DNA of 64,000 nucleotides from Glaucostegus cemiculus (lineage: Eukaryota), in assembly GCA_976551045.1 (NCBI GenBank), contig CDPCPM010000029.1, positions 21,762,001 through 21,826,000 on the forward strand, given 5' to 3'. Under the pieces are notes generated by a model that ran no database searches, was not told where the DNA came from, and was given only the letters and a program-made list of their open reading frames with translations. Of the stretch, positions 63,731 through 64,000 are shown piece by piece; the stretch's first letter is position 1, and every line of letters begins with the position of its first letter. Made by a program: the position numbers and the translations under genes.

Positions 63731-64000
63731 TCTAGTGAGCTTGATAGGCTTTTGTAATTTGGGGAAAGCAAGGGAAATGGAGATCAGGTGGGGATATGCA
63801 ATTTAGGACGATCACCTACGATCTTGTGGAATGACAAAGCTGGCTTAAAGGGTCACGTAGCCCAATCCTACTTCCATTTTTTATGACTTGTCAGGTCCTG
63901 CAGTCACACTCAGAAAGGTTCCATGGAATGGATGACAGGAGCAGTGGAAACCAGCTAACAAGGACTATGAGGTGGAGTAGTTATGTTACTGAATAAATAA

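Noticed and set aside
1-64000. CRISPR arrays, operons or prokaryotic defence systems; most short ORFs in the track
   Set aside because: This is vertebrate repeat-rich DNA with no regularly spaced repeats. The short ORFs are TE antisense frames or chance, many with non-ATG starts.

Overview
This is eukaryotic genomic DNA, most likely from a cartilaginous fish (shark or ray). That call is an inference from the repeat content: HE1-type V-SINEs, HER1/CR1 LINEs, Rex1/Babar, RTE and L1 fragments, Penelope-like (GIY-YIG) elements, SacSINE1/AmnSINE1-like DeuSINEs and a decayed Harbinger transposase. All long ORFs in the track are retroelement RT fragments or their antisense shadows, and I cannot name any host protein-coding gene. 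The non-repeat signal consists of (i) a probable terminal exon plus 3'UTR of a + gene at the left edge, and (ii) one compact CpG-rich bidirectional promoter (~9.74-9.90 kb; ETS, CRE, E2F-like and YY1-like motifs) with a splice donor facing each way. It appears to drive a candidate 3-exon + strand lncRNA/microprotein transcript with a structured exon at 14.6-14.8 kb, plus a short divergent transcript. There are also (iii) candidate minus-strand exons and a 3'UTR at 38-63 kb. Notable details are Penelope-derived type I hammerhead ribozyme motifs and fold-back elements, SINE tail swapping, and templated inversions at retroinsertion junctions. Gene models rest on sequence motifs only, and repeat boundaries are approximate.
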